Shown here: positions 50,671 through 62,199 of the stretch, one piece after another
Numbering within the stretch: position 1 is the stretch's first letter
Layout: every line of letters starts with the position of its first letter
Origin: Hydrolagus colliei
Lineage: Eukaryota
Assembly: GCA_035084275.1 (NCBI GenBank)
Contig: CM068747.1
Location: 17,608,001 to 17,672,000, forward strand
Direction of reading: 5' to 3'
Length of the DNA stretch: 64,000 bases
Made by a program: the position numbers and the translations under genes
Notes under the pieces: model-generated
Seen by the model: only the letters and a program-made list of their open reading frames with translations
Database searches by the model: none
What the model was told of the DNA's origin: nothing

Positions 50671-50800
50671 ATAATAATCCTTGCATTTGATATAGGGCTT
50701 TTCACATCTTATCGACGTCTCAAAGCGCCTCACAGGATATACTGTAAAGTGAATTGACTGCATATTTGTGGTCGAAACGAACCAGCAAATTATGCACAGC
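50671..50800 (-). mobile_element. SINE 3' fragment
   Basis: Tail and part of core. Confidence 0.86.
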
Positions 50801-51274
50801 AGGTCTTCTCTGAACAAACCTTTCGTCTCAGATTTCAATAAGACTGGTTAACTCGCAGAACCTGCGAACCTAACATAACTGTGCACTTATAAACTACTAA
50901 TGCAATTTTAAAAGCATATTTTCCTTTTACAACTGTCATGTTACTTGTACGTCAATATCACATTAGAGTTATTTATAATCTCACAGCAACAAACCCACCA
51001 AACATAATCAATTACGAAAGACAATATAACCACATCACAGTGATCTTCAGCAAGATTGCCCCAATGCTGACAACGCAGATCCCAGTTATCTTTCTCTAAC
51101 ATCAGGGCAAGGCTGTCTGTTTTGCCCTTGTTGTAGATTGATGATCTTTTCTATTCAATTAAGGATCACAGATTTAAATTGGTGTAAAATAGGTATCAGG
51201 CAATTACACAACCTTCTCTGGGAATACCCAAGTTATTCGAGCGTATTTTGAGTTCAGGAACTGTTTATTTATTG

Positions 51275-51395
51275 TAATAATAATAATAATCCTTGGATAT
51301 ATGGAGCCTTTGATATAGTCGTCTTCAAGACAACTCAAAGTGAATTCACTGAATATATTGTAAAGTGAATTGACTGTATATTTTGTTGCTGAAAT
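51275..51395 (-). mobile_element. SINE 3' fragment, diverged
   Basis: (AAT)n ccttg tail, gtaaagtgaattgactgtata. Confidence 0.75.
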
Positions 51396-52403
51396 GCTTT
51401 TCGTTTCTCTCTCAACAATCTTCGGTTCTGAAAAATGCTCGATTCTTTTTTTCTTCCACTGAAGTTCACCAGTGGGAGCTGGTGATCGTCTGCTTCCCTG
51501 TCCACGTGGCCATTATTTAATATGTGAGTCTCGAGAGTGAATGGCAGGAAGCTATTTTCCCACTGGAGTAACACAGTCAAGCTCAATCAAGCCCTTACCC
51601 AACACAAACAAAAGGGTGCCTCAGGCAGGGCTGCTGAGAAGCAATCAGGAGCGAAACGTTGATTTCATTCACCAAACCCCAGGCACTGAGATCAAGCAAT
51701 GCACTTTCTGTCATCTAAGCTAATGCTGGGAACTTACCAGTTTGTAAGTGCCAGAAACTGACTGGATAAGCTCACAGCCACTCAGGACACCTTCTTTACA
51801 GCAATGTTAAAAAAAACATTTAATCCTAACCCTAAGTTTAAAAAGAATCACAAGTTTTTACTGCAAGAAAGGCAGGTGGATTGTTGCTCCACCTCTCATG
51901 TGACCCTATAAACAGGATTAAAATTCCGAAAACAGTAGTATTCGGGGAAAGTCGGGGAAATAAAGTTATCCATTCTGGTTCAATTCCTGATCTATTGTAA
52001 ATTGAAATGAAAGTGATCTACAGTGAGAAAACCAAAAATGCTCATACATTCATTTCCATCTAATGTTAAGGGAAGTGGTTATAAACTGTCAAAGAATTAA
52101 CAAGTGATATTATTAAGGCATCTACTGACTTGATTTCTGTCCAATTTGGATTTATCTTTGAAATAATTAAAATATCTGGTCTATTCTTTGTTGTCTGCTC
52201 AAAGCATAGATCACTACCAGCTTTTCTCTCTGGAGCAAAGCTGATTGAGAAAGGGCCCAAGAGAGATGTTTAAGAATATGAAAGGATTGTTAAGGTATTT
52301 AAATTTGTTGGCAAGACCAAAATGAGGTGTCATAAGTATAAGATACCAAGTGGTAGATGTAAAAGGGAGTTTTGGAGGAATGGCTTCATGCAGAGTGTGG
52401 TGA

Positions 52404-52523
52404 TAATAATAATAATAATCTTTGCATTTGATATTGCGTCTTTCACATCTTCTAGACGTTGCAAAGTGCTTCATAGAAAATACTGTAAGTCAATAGACTG
52501 TAAATGTGTGGGAGAAACACAGC
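52404..52523 (-). mobile_element. SINE 3' fragment
   Basis: (AAT)n ctttgcatttgatat tail and stem. Confidence 0.82.
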
Positions 52524-52784
52524 ATGTGAGTGTATGTCTCTCTCTATATATCTGTCTGTCATCTGTCTGTGTGTGTCTCCGTATCTGTTGGTGTAGTTAT
52601 TAGTATTATAACTGAATGGACCTCTCCATGAAATTGTGGATGTAGGACCTACCTCTCAGACCTGCTTAACTTACAACCCGCTGCCTCTGCTCGACTGGCT
52701 CCGGCCTTCTGCCCGTGCATTGGTGGAACTCACTACTGGAATTTACATTTGAAGCAAAAAACATCAATATGTCTAAAAGGAAAG

Positions 52785-52922
52785 ATGAGGCTTCAATGTG
52801 GGAGAAGAGAATAGATGGGTATAGGAGAAGGGAATAGGAGGAATGGGGGCTTGTGCAGAGAATAAATATAGGTAAGGACTAGTTGGGTTGAGCAGCTTGT
52901 TTCTGTGCTGTAATTCTATGTT
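52785..52922 (+). mobile_element. CR1 3' end
   Basis: gttgggttgagcagcttgtttctgtgctgtaattctatg terminus. Confidence 0.7.
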
Positions 52923-52998
52923 CCAGATCAATTGGTCATTCTTCCTAAATTCAACAATTCCATTTAAAATAGACGGGTAGACAAAATTGCATTGAGTA

Positions 52999-53170
52999 TA
53001 CAACAACAACAAGATTACATTTATAGAGCGCCTTTCATGTTGGGAGGATTTACCAAGGCGCTGAATAGTTAGTCAGCACCCAAGCGGGTTGGGAGAGCGG
53101 GGGGTGGGGGAGGGTTGGGCTAGGGGCGGGCAGAAGGAGAGTAGGAAATGGGGAAGAGTTAGGAGGCTAG
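52999..53170 (-). mobile_element. L2 3' end with G-rich UTR
   Basis: (AAC)n tail, gcgcctttcatgttgggagg stem. Confidence 0.83.
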
Positions 53171-53171
53171 C

Positions 53172-53268
53172 ATACCGTCAATTCACTTTACAGTATATTT
53201 AGTGAAGTGCTTTGAGACGTCAAGAAGACGTGAAAAGCACTATATCAAATCCAAGGATTATTATTATA
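53172..53268 (+). mobile_element. SINE tail fragment
   Basis: gtcaattcactttacagtata..ggattattatta. Confidence 0.85.
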
Positions 53269-55135
53269 TAAACATTTGCAAACTCAGCAAATGCAGTAAT
53301 ATTTGTGTAGACATAAATTCCAAATAAGCTTTTAAACCATATCAAATATTACAATAGTAAATATCATAAACTCTCCTCATCTCACCATAATGCATGACAC
53401 CATAATGTATTTTCATCCAAGGTTTATAAATAGCAGGAACAGATAGGCAAGAAGGAACAACAAGAATAGGAATAACAAGAACAATGTGATGGCCTAAATC
53501 CAACAGTGGCAATTGCAATGAAACCCATCACACTTTGCCCTGGATTTCTCGTTGCAAAATATATTTCACTTTGATAACTGAAAATGCCACGACTACACAT
53601 TTTATATTAAGAACATCTGCTAAGCACAGTAAATGCCTAGTGCCAATGGTATCAAGAGTAATGGTAAGTCCACACTTGTTCCTGAAGCTGAAGCCAAATT
53701 TTTAGGCTGAGTATAAATACTTGAATAGAAACAAAGGATAATGGAATACAGCTTCTAAATTGGAACTACACTGTATAGCATTTTCAAATTAAATGCTTTC
53801 CTAACTTTCTTTAAGAAATCAATTTATTTATTTTCATCTCTTGTTGCAAGCTGCCTCTCAGAACCTGTTACCCAGACAAAAGGATAATATGTTTGGGACT
53901 TCCCTGTGACAGCAATCAGTGCTACCTCATAAAAGTGCCAGAAGGAAGAGGACAATTCGAGCAAAGCAAGTTGGATGACAAGTTTTCCTCTGCCTCAGAT
54001 AGGACATTTCAGTTCCCATAAGATGATCCCTCCAATATCCATACTGAAAACTGACAAGACTAATCTGAAAAGAGGCAAGTGAGGCAGTGTTGATGTAATG
54101 CTGGGGGCTCTTAAAAGCAACTCAAAAATAATTAGCGAATGCTATATTCTAGATCAGTTTAAGGTGTTGTGACAAAATTCCAGCTACAGCTGATAATTCT
54201 GCTGAAGTGCACTCCTTTCAACAACCTTGCATTAACACAAGCTACTTCAGACAATAAACTGTGACGAGCTCCAAGATCTCCTGTCTAACATCCTTTCAAC
54301 AACCAAATAGAAATAAGTGGCATTTATTCTACATTCACTTGCTTTAGTTGCATGCTAACGAGATGACTAACTCTTCTTCGTTCTAATCAACCTTTCCAAT
54401 AACTGCTTCGGGCAATTTAAGGTTCTGAATATAAAGTATCCCTGTCATCATTGTATAGTGAATTCCAGATTTCTGAAATGAACTATTAATTTACTGGTTT
54501 TCAAACAAAGCAAATCCAGACAACTGAAAGCAATTCCAACTTTGTAATCATTTTTGACTTGAAATCATTCATCACTTGATGAACAGGCAGTCCCAAATCT
54601 ATATATAATTAGGATCAAATGCAATGAGAGATCTTTGTAAGAGGTATAATAAAGTTACAGCAAAGACCAGAAGTCTCACATCGTTTTCAACACTCAACCT
54701 AATCAAACCTATTAAACTGCCTGAACTAGCTAGCCCTCATTCCACTAGAATTCTGATCTGCTACCGAGGAATCTAAGCCAAGCTTCCAAATCCAAATACT
54801 CATACTAACTCTTCCCTCACAAGTCAGTTACCCTCTCTAATGATCAGTGACCCACAAGGCAGCTTCTGAGACGTCTATGGCCTCAATTAATGCACCAAGC
54901 ATCTCCAATATGATGGTAATTCTTGCTTTCCGCAGCCAACATGCTCTTCTCCTCTTTATGATTGATGCTCATGGCTATTGCAAAAGATGCCACAATCATT
55001 CCTGTGACAGGAATATCCACTGCTGAATACAGCACCATTTCTATTCTTTGCCTCCCAGCATCTATCTCTCCAACTGCCAGTTAGTGAAATTTCGTTAACA
55101 ATGCAATGGTTTGCAAATCTGTTTGGGTCTAGAAT

Positions 55136-55473
55136 GTGGAGCTCCTGTGGCTCAGTGGTTAGAGCACTTGTCTTGCAAGCTGGGGAGACCAAGCTGGGGA
55201 GACCTATGTTCGAATCCAGGCAGGTCAGGGCGGAACCTTGGGCAAGTTTCCTTACTCCACATGCCTAATAATAATCCCTCCGAAAAAACCCCACAATAAT
55301 AAAATTGGTCATTTCAATCCACGACTGTGTGTGGGACACTGCTGTGCGCAATTGGCTGCCGCGATTCGCCCACAAATATATAGTCAATTCACTTTACAGT
55401 AAACTCTGTGAAGCGCTTTGGGACGTTGATAAGATGTGGAAAGCGCTATATCAAATGCAAGGATTATTATTAT
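55136..55473 (+). mobile_element. Young full-length tRNA SINE with 14-bp head duplication
   Basis: A box tggctcagtgg, B box gttcgaatcc, (aagctggggagacc)x2 at 55177-55204, flanking direct repeat tagaat(g). Confidence 0.95.
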
Positions 55474-55804
55474 AGAATGAAATATTAACAAACCAAATGG
55501 CTAATTAGGGTTTTTGCTTTGCACATATTGGGTTGAGAGATTTGCAAAACTGTCAATTACAAATCCTAAGATAGCAAAGGGAATAGACTTGTGTTTGCTG
55601 GCCTTTTACAAGACTTTTGTCAACTCGGGATTCATGGTTCACCACTCATGAATCTTGCAATTTACCATCCCCAAATCTCCATGACCGCAAGGACTCATGA
55701 ATGAGATTGTAGATCACAATTGCAGGGCATAAGATGGCACAAGATAAAAGCTTTTCAAATGTTATCATATACAGGCAGCTAAAACTGAAGAGGCTATTTA
55801 TTTT

Positions 55805-56146
55805 AGCTCCTGTAGCTCAGTGGTTAGAGCACTTGTCTTGCAAGCTAGGGAGACCAAGCTGGGGAGACCTGTGTTCGAATCCAGGCAGGTCAGGGCGAAA
55901 CCTTGGGCAAGTTTCCTTACTCCACACGCCTAATAATAATCCCTCCAAACAAAACACAATAATAAAATTGATTATTTCAATCCACGACTGTTTGTGGGAC
56001 ACTGCTGTGCGCAATTGGCTGCCACGATTCGCTCACAAATATATACAGTCAATTCACTTTACAGTATATTCTGTGAAGCGCTTTGGGACGTTGATAAGAT
56101 GTGGAAAGCGCTATATCGAATGCAAGGATTATTATTATTATTATTT
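55805..56146 (+). mobile_element. Second young SINE of the same variant
   Basis: Same duplication at 55842-55869, intact A/B boxes, flanking direct repeat ttatttta. Confidence 0.95.
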
Positions 56147-56444
56147 TACTGCACGAACCTGCTTGTTATTACAGTCCTACAGACAGTAATTTTTCTTTCA
56201 CCCAATGGAATAAAATATGTACTGTATACATTAAAAGAATATGCTTGTTTTGTTCAACAAAAGCTTCAGTAGATTTTAAATATTTTGGAAAAGCCCCCGA
56301 TTTTAAAATAAATTTTCTTCCATAAGTCCAGTAAGAAGTAGAATCTGTGCATTAACTAAAATAGAGTAAACAAGTTTATTCTAAAATAAACCAAAAGATT
56401 GCTTAAAGATTGCTCAAACTTTCAATTGCAATATTTATTGATAT

Positions 56445-56538
56445 TTACCACCCTACCCGATCCTAACCCCAGCTCGGGTCTGAAACATTGATTGGGACGA
56501 CCTCCCGACGTGAAAGGTGCTATACAAATTTAATTTTG
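56445..56538 (+). mobile_element. Short L2 3' end
   Basis: cccagctcgggtctgaaac..cctcccgacgtgaaaggtgctatacaaat. Confidence 0.78.
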
Positions 56539-56594
56539 CCCGGCCTTCATAATAAATGACATTATTTTAACAGATTATTGATGCATTCATATCA

Positions 56595-56812
56595 TTAATC
56601 ATCCCTCCAAATCCCTCACCCAAAAAACTATAATCAATTATAATAAATAAATACTATAATAAATTGGTCATTTCAATCCATGACTGTTTGCGGGACATTT
56701 CACCCACAAATATACAGTCAATTCACTTTATAGTATATCCTGTGAAGCGCTTTGAGACGTTGATAAGATGCGAAAAGTGCTATATCAAAATGCAAGGATT
56801 ATTATTATTATT
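56595..56812 (+). mobile_element. 5'-truncated SINE with partial core deletion
   Basis: aaattggtcatttcaatccatgactgtttg..tail. Confidence 0.85.
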
Positions 56813-57879
56813 AAACATCCCATTAAACACAAATGTAATAGTTCACATCTTGTTGATAATTTGACTTAATTTGTGCATTAGCGGCTACCTTGTAAAGAAA
56901 ATTCTTGGATATCAGAGAACCGCATTCCAAACATAATATGTATCACAGTTGTCTGAAAGTCTGGCCAATTTAACTTAAAGATAGTGCAAATGACCAATGG
57001 TAGTGAATAAGAAAGACTTTTAGTTTACATGGTTTTAGGCAATGGTGTGAAAGCCAAAATTTAGGCAGAAGCCAAACATCCCAAACATAATTTGTCATAT
57101 GGAATTGTACATTCAGTGCATGTTTTGTGCAGGAAATAATGGTTAACAGTGATTGATTACCAGAGGGAGACTTTACTGAAGGATTCAGATGGCACTTAAA
57201 CCCCCAAAGGGAAATATTCTGCTTTGTTTGCTAAGCGTAGCAAATCTTCCTATATGGGAAATACTCTAGAAGGGATATTGGCACTCAGTGAACAGAATAA
57301 CTCTGAGAATTATTAATCGTCAATTGAACTCCAAAATGAAATCATACATTTCAATTTTAGCTACCTTTGTTAAAAGCTGGAGTTCAATCAGTATATCAGC
57401 ATTGGCTAGTGTAGTGTGATGATGTGCTAACTGATGGATTAAAAATTGTGACAGAATCGCTCCAGGTGCATCAAGCTAATAACAACACTGATAGTATGTA
57501 CTATGCAAGATCATCAGGTGTAGCCTTCATGTTTAAATGTATTTAAATGCATTCGCCCACAAATATACAGTTAAATGTTCCTATTCTCCTTCATCAACAG
57601 CATTGAATAAGAGTTATTGAGTTTGAGTTTAACTACACCCAGTAAAAAAATAAAACATTCCTGTGAAATCCAAAGCCTATGATTGACCCTCACACAAACT
57701 GCAGACAATTTACACTTTGAAAAGGTATAGCAAAAGAGGATTAACTTCAATATTCAGCATAACCTTACAATTAAGGCAACGTAAAAGAGGATGTTCCCAC
57801 TTGTCAAGTAGACCAAGTGAGCCAAATAGATACAATAAAAATTCAATATCACAATAAGGTATTATGAACCAAACATAAG

Positions 57880-58315
57880 TGTGTCAGCCCGGCTCAGTAA
57901 TAGCTCTCTTCCTCTGAGTCAGGATGCTGTGGGTTCAAGCACACTTTGGAACTTGAACTCACATCATCTAAGATGATATGGCTCCAGTGTAGTACCAGGG
58001 GTGTGTTGCATTGTTGGAGGTGCCTCCTTCAGAATTGAGATGTTAAACCAAGGTGCTGTCTGCCTGTTCAGGTGGACAGGAAGGATTCCATGGCACTTTT
58101 CAAAAAGAGAATGAAGTTTCTCTTGGTATCGTGGCCAACAATCCCTCAAATACAATTGATCATCACTTTGGAGCTGTTTGTGAGCCATTGCTTTGCACAA
58201 ATTGGAAGCCACATTTGCCCACAAATACTCAGTCAGTTAAATTTATGATAAATCCAGTGAAGTGCTTTTGGATGTCCTTCCAACATGAACCGAGCTACAC
58301 CAAATTGAAGGATCC
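57880..58315 (+). mobile_element. Full-length old tRNA-headed Deu-domain SINE (SacSINE1/AmnSINE1 superfamily-like)
   Basis: Head with ggctcagt / gggttcaagc boxes; Deu-like core gcattgttggaggtgcc..gagatgttaaaccaagg..gtctgcctgttcaggtggac..ccatggcac..gctgtttgtg..gcacaaattgg; L2-like tail. Confidence 0.82.
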
Positions 58316-58320
58316 TTAGC

Positions 58321-58358
58321 AAAAACAGAAATCGCTGGGAAAACTCAGCAGGTCAGGC
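58321..58358 (-). mobile_element. Left inverted arm of a Penelope-type palindromic element
   Basis: 36/38 identical to the reverse complement of 59109-59146. Confidence 0.8.
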
Positions 58359-59045
58359 AACAACAACAAAATTACATTTTTAGAGCACCTTTACGGCGGT
58401 TCAGGTGGGGGACATGGAGCAGGCCAGAGCCCACGGAACGGAGGGGGTGGGCAGGTTCATAGGGGGACAGCAGGTCAGAGGGATAGGAGGAGTCAAGGCC
58501 GTGAATAGTCTGAAAAGTGAGGAGGAGGATCTTGACTTCGATCCTCTGGGGGATGGGACCCGGGCGAGGGTGGGAGTGATGCAGTCGCAGAGTTTGGTTT
58601 GGGAGAGGTCATGAGCTGTACTTCTGGATGATCTGTAGCTTGTGAAGGGCCAGGAAGGCTGATGAGGAGGGAGTCCCTAGTCTAGCCTTGATGTGATGAA
58701 TGCATGGACAAGGTTTCAGCAGCCTGAGGGGTGAGGCAGTGGTGGAGTCTGGCAATGTTGTGGAGGTGGTTTAAGGCAGTACTGGTCATGTCACTGTAGG
58801 GGAGGAAGGACAGTTCAGGGTCAAACAAGACACCCAGGTTCCTGACTGGCTTTGAGAGGTGGAGTGCACTCTTGGATGCTGATGCTGCTAGTGCCTGAGA
58901 TGCGGGGCTGGAGGAAAAGTGGTTAGCGGACATAAAGTGGATGCGGTGTGAAAGATAGGACCAGAACCAATCAAGGAGATAACCTTGAAGGTTGAGGTGG
59001 GAGGAAAGGCAATGGAGGAGGATTGAGCGATCCACAGTATCGAAC
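58359..59045 (-). mobile_element. Internally deleted L2 between the two inverted arms
   Basis: FDTVDRSILLHCL..DWFWSYLSHR fused to KPVRNLGVLFDPELSF; (AAC)n tail at 58359. Confidence 0.92.
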
Positions 59046-59046
59046 C

Positions 59047-59185
59047 AGTTCTGACAAAGGGTCGTGGACCCGAAACCTTGACTCACTTTTCCTTTCTCCA
59101 TAGATGTGGCCTGACCTGCTGAGTGTTCCCAGCGGTTTCTGTTTTTGTTTCAGATTTCGAGCATCTGCAGTATTTTGCGTTTTTG
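59047..59185 (+). mobile_element. Right arm of Penelope-type palindromic element with degenerate hammerhead motif
   Basis: agtt-CTGACAA-a-GGGTC-gtg-GACCC-GAAA-cc-tt-gact then gcctgacctgctgagtgttcccagcggtttctgttttt..gcatctgcagt. Confidence 0.72.
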
Positions 59186-59644
59186 TTGAAATGATCTTTA
59201 AATTACCCTGTTGTTCACTTAGAAAACAGTTTGTGCCAATGTGCTTTCCCAAAACACCACACATTTTCCAGTTGCTTGCTATAGCTAGTTATGTGATCCA
59301 AAGTCTGCCAATTAATCCGAAGGATTTACACAATGTTGAGGATTGTAATTATCGCATTTGTTCATGAAGTTAATACAAGAAAATTTCAAAGGAGTACCCT
59401 ATCCGTATAGCTTGTGTAATTATGTAGTTTAACTTAGAAATGAACTAAAAAAGGATGCGTTTTAATGCAATATCAACAGTCAAAGAATAACAATGAACAG
59501 GGTTCACCCACATTACCAATTCCCAGGAGACTACTGAACCAATGGTCACAAGTACAGCAGCTGAAGAAGGCTGGATGTGAGATTTTGCAGCAGCATCATT
59601 ATAACAATTTAGCACTTGAGATAGTGTAAATATGGTATTTACTT

Positions 59645-59954
59645 AATAATAATCCTTGCATTTGATGTGGCACTTGTCACGTCTTCTAGACATCTCAAAG
59701 CACTTCACAGAATATACTGTAAAGTGAATTGACTGTATATTTGTGGGCGAAACATGTCATCCAATTGCGCACAACAGTGTCCCATAACCAGCCACGAAGG
59801 GGAGTGACCAATTTATTATTGGGTTTTTTCTTGAGGATTGTTATCAGGCATGTGGAGTAAGGAAACTTATCCAAGGGTTCACCCTGCCAGGAATCAAACT
59901 CAGGTCTCTTGATAGCAAGGCGAGTGCTCTAAGCACTGAGCTACAGGACTCTAC
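59645..59954 (-). mobile_element. tRNA-headed SINE, full length
   Basis: Tail, core, head. Confidence 0.92.
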
Positions 59955-59970
59955 TTATGGCAAAACTTTC

Positions 59971-60397
59971 AACAACAACAACAACAAAATTATACTTGTA
60001 TAGTGCCTTTCACGCCAGGAGGACGTCCCAAGGCGCTGGACAGTCATTGTTTCAGACCCAAGCTGGGATTGGGTACGGGGAGGGTGGAGGGAAAGGGGAG
60101 GATTTGGGGGACCGATGGGAACATCGAAGAGGAGGGGACTGAGTTCCAGAAGTTGGGGGCAAAGTGACTAAAAGGCTCATCTGCCAATGGTAGGTCGGGG
60201 CACACGGAGCAGGCCGGAGTCTGCTGTGTGGAGGGGCAAAGAAGGTTGATAGGGGGTTAGGAGGTCCCGAATGTAGGGTGGGGCGAGGCCACAGAGGGCT
60301 TTGAATGTGAGGACCAGGATCTTGAATTGTATCCACTGGATGGGGAGCCAATGGAGTCGGTAGAGGATGGGGGAGAAGGGGCCATGAAGCCTGGATC
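59971..60397 (-). mobile_element. L2 3' fragment
   Basis: (AAC)n tail, canonical stem, antisense HWLPI..IQFKILVLTFKAL. Confidence 0.92.
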
Positions 60398-61966
60398 ATA
60401 CATATTACAGTTAGAGTTTTTAATTTAATGCATTACTTGAAATGACACAACAGTCCTTAATCATGCTGAAGTTTGTTATTCAACTCCCCTAAACTTTTTG
60501 ATCTGCGTTTCCTGCAATATCCAGGAGACTGCCCTTCCCAAGTAGAGACTGAAATGGTACAAACACAGTTTAGTTGTGATAATATTCAATCTACACATCG
60601 AGCAGTTAATCGTCAGAATGCAGTAATGATAAAATCACAGGTCAATGCTCTCCGTGCTCATAAAGAGCCATCTCGAACAGGACCTTATAGAGATACATAA
60701 GATGCTAAATGGGATGAAAACTGTAAATATCATACAATCTTTCCACAAATGGTAATAGTTTGCTTGCTATTGATTATGTTAAAATTAAATGTCACATTGC
60801 TGTATTGTAATTCATAGCTCCAACTTGGACAGACAGAGGCTACCACTGGGGAATACTCTCCCATTTACAATAAATATTTGCCACCAAATTTCTTAACTTA
60901 TTTTCAGCACTGGTTATGTTTTGCTTACATTACAATACATTGTATTGCAATCCAGCATGGTTGAATTCACTTATAGATCGTATTGGCATATGAAATGTCT
61001 CAATGGAGAATAAAGTAGTTCAGTTGCTTGTCTATTTAATATTTGTTATCTTTTCCTGCCCTTGAGGCGTTTAAATATTGCTATTTTAATCCCAATAAAA
61101 CAAGTTGGCGAGCAGTATAATTTACAGCAAGATGCACACAGCTTAACTCACACATCCACCGAACCAGGTTTGAAACCAAAGGGGAGTAAATGCTTGAGTT
61201 TGCAAATTGTACACTGCAGATCTGATGAGCTATTCACTGGGAGAGGAGAGAGTTTTCAATTGGTTTATAGCATCCTTATAGATGGTTGTGTGTTACTATA
61301 TTCATGCAAGATATCCCAACAGTTAATCTCAGGAATTTGTTGAAAAAGCTTTATGCCCAAGGCCATCAGATAAATTTAAAAAACAGTTTAAGTGGAGTAC
61401 AAAGCCTTTCCTATCACAATGCCATGTCATAATGTTTATTTTTTGCTGAAATGCTGAAAGCTTAGGTACTGTCGAAATAATATGTACAAAATTGCCTGTG
61501 TGATATGAAAGAAGCCATCCATTTCAGTATTTACTCTGCAAATAATGTAGGTACCAAGTAATCATATTTGCTTTAGATGCAACTGGTGTGATGCATGCAG
61601 TTTATTGTTGTATCTGGGCTGATATATATGATTTAACCCCTGACTCTTTTTCCCCCCCCCAAAATCCAGTGCTATGTACAGAGCCTAAACAAATATAACA
61701 TCTGGAATTCAAAGTAGAACTACACATCTATTTCCCAATGATTCCTGGAAAACTTATAACATTTTAAATGGTATGTTTTCAAGGACTGAATTTGGCACCA
61801 CAGCTTTTAGGGCAGTTATCTATTCCTTTTGTTTTGTTTTTCAGGCCGAGACACAGCAGTGAAAAGCTGCAAGGCTAAGAAATGAAGGTACCAAATATAA
61901 GTTGCTGTTTCTGAAATATCTAATTTTGGTGGTGTTATTGATAATATTTTAAATTAGATACAACAA

Positions 61967-62195
61967 AATAATAATAATTCTTGCATTTGATATAAGAGCT
62001 TTTCATGTCTTCCAGACGTCTCAACAACAACAACAACAAAATTACATTTATAGAGAACCCTTCATGTCCCAAGGCACTTACAAAGCCTTTCAAAGAATAT
62101 ACTGTAAAGTTAATTGACTGTATATTTGTTGGCGAAATGCAGCAACCAATTGCGCACAGCGGTGTCCCATAAATAGTTGTGGATTCAAATAAATA
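61967..62195 (-). mobile_element. SINE 3' half with nested L2 tail (about 62022-62078)
   Basis: SINE tail interrupted at gacgtct|caacaacaac..cccaaggcact|..caaagc. Confidence 0.82.
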
Positions 62196-62199
62196 GTTG

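Noticed and set aside
51420-51780. Candidate upstream non-coding exon or promoter of THSD7B (minus-strand gtaag donors near 51595 and 51735)
   Set aside because: No CpG island or promoter signature; such donors occur by chance; cannot be supported without transcripts
55136-55220. tRNA gene
   Set aside because: tRNA-like A/B boxes continue into SINE body and tail; no proper cloverleaf acceptor stem or T-run terminator
55734-56189. 151-aa ORF and the many similar PVAQWLEH / GQVSLLHMPNNNP / WDTAVRNWLP ORFs
   Set aside because: Chance translations of the SINE consensus
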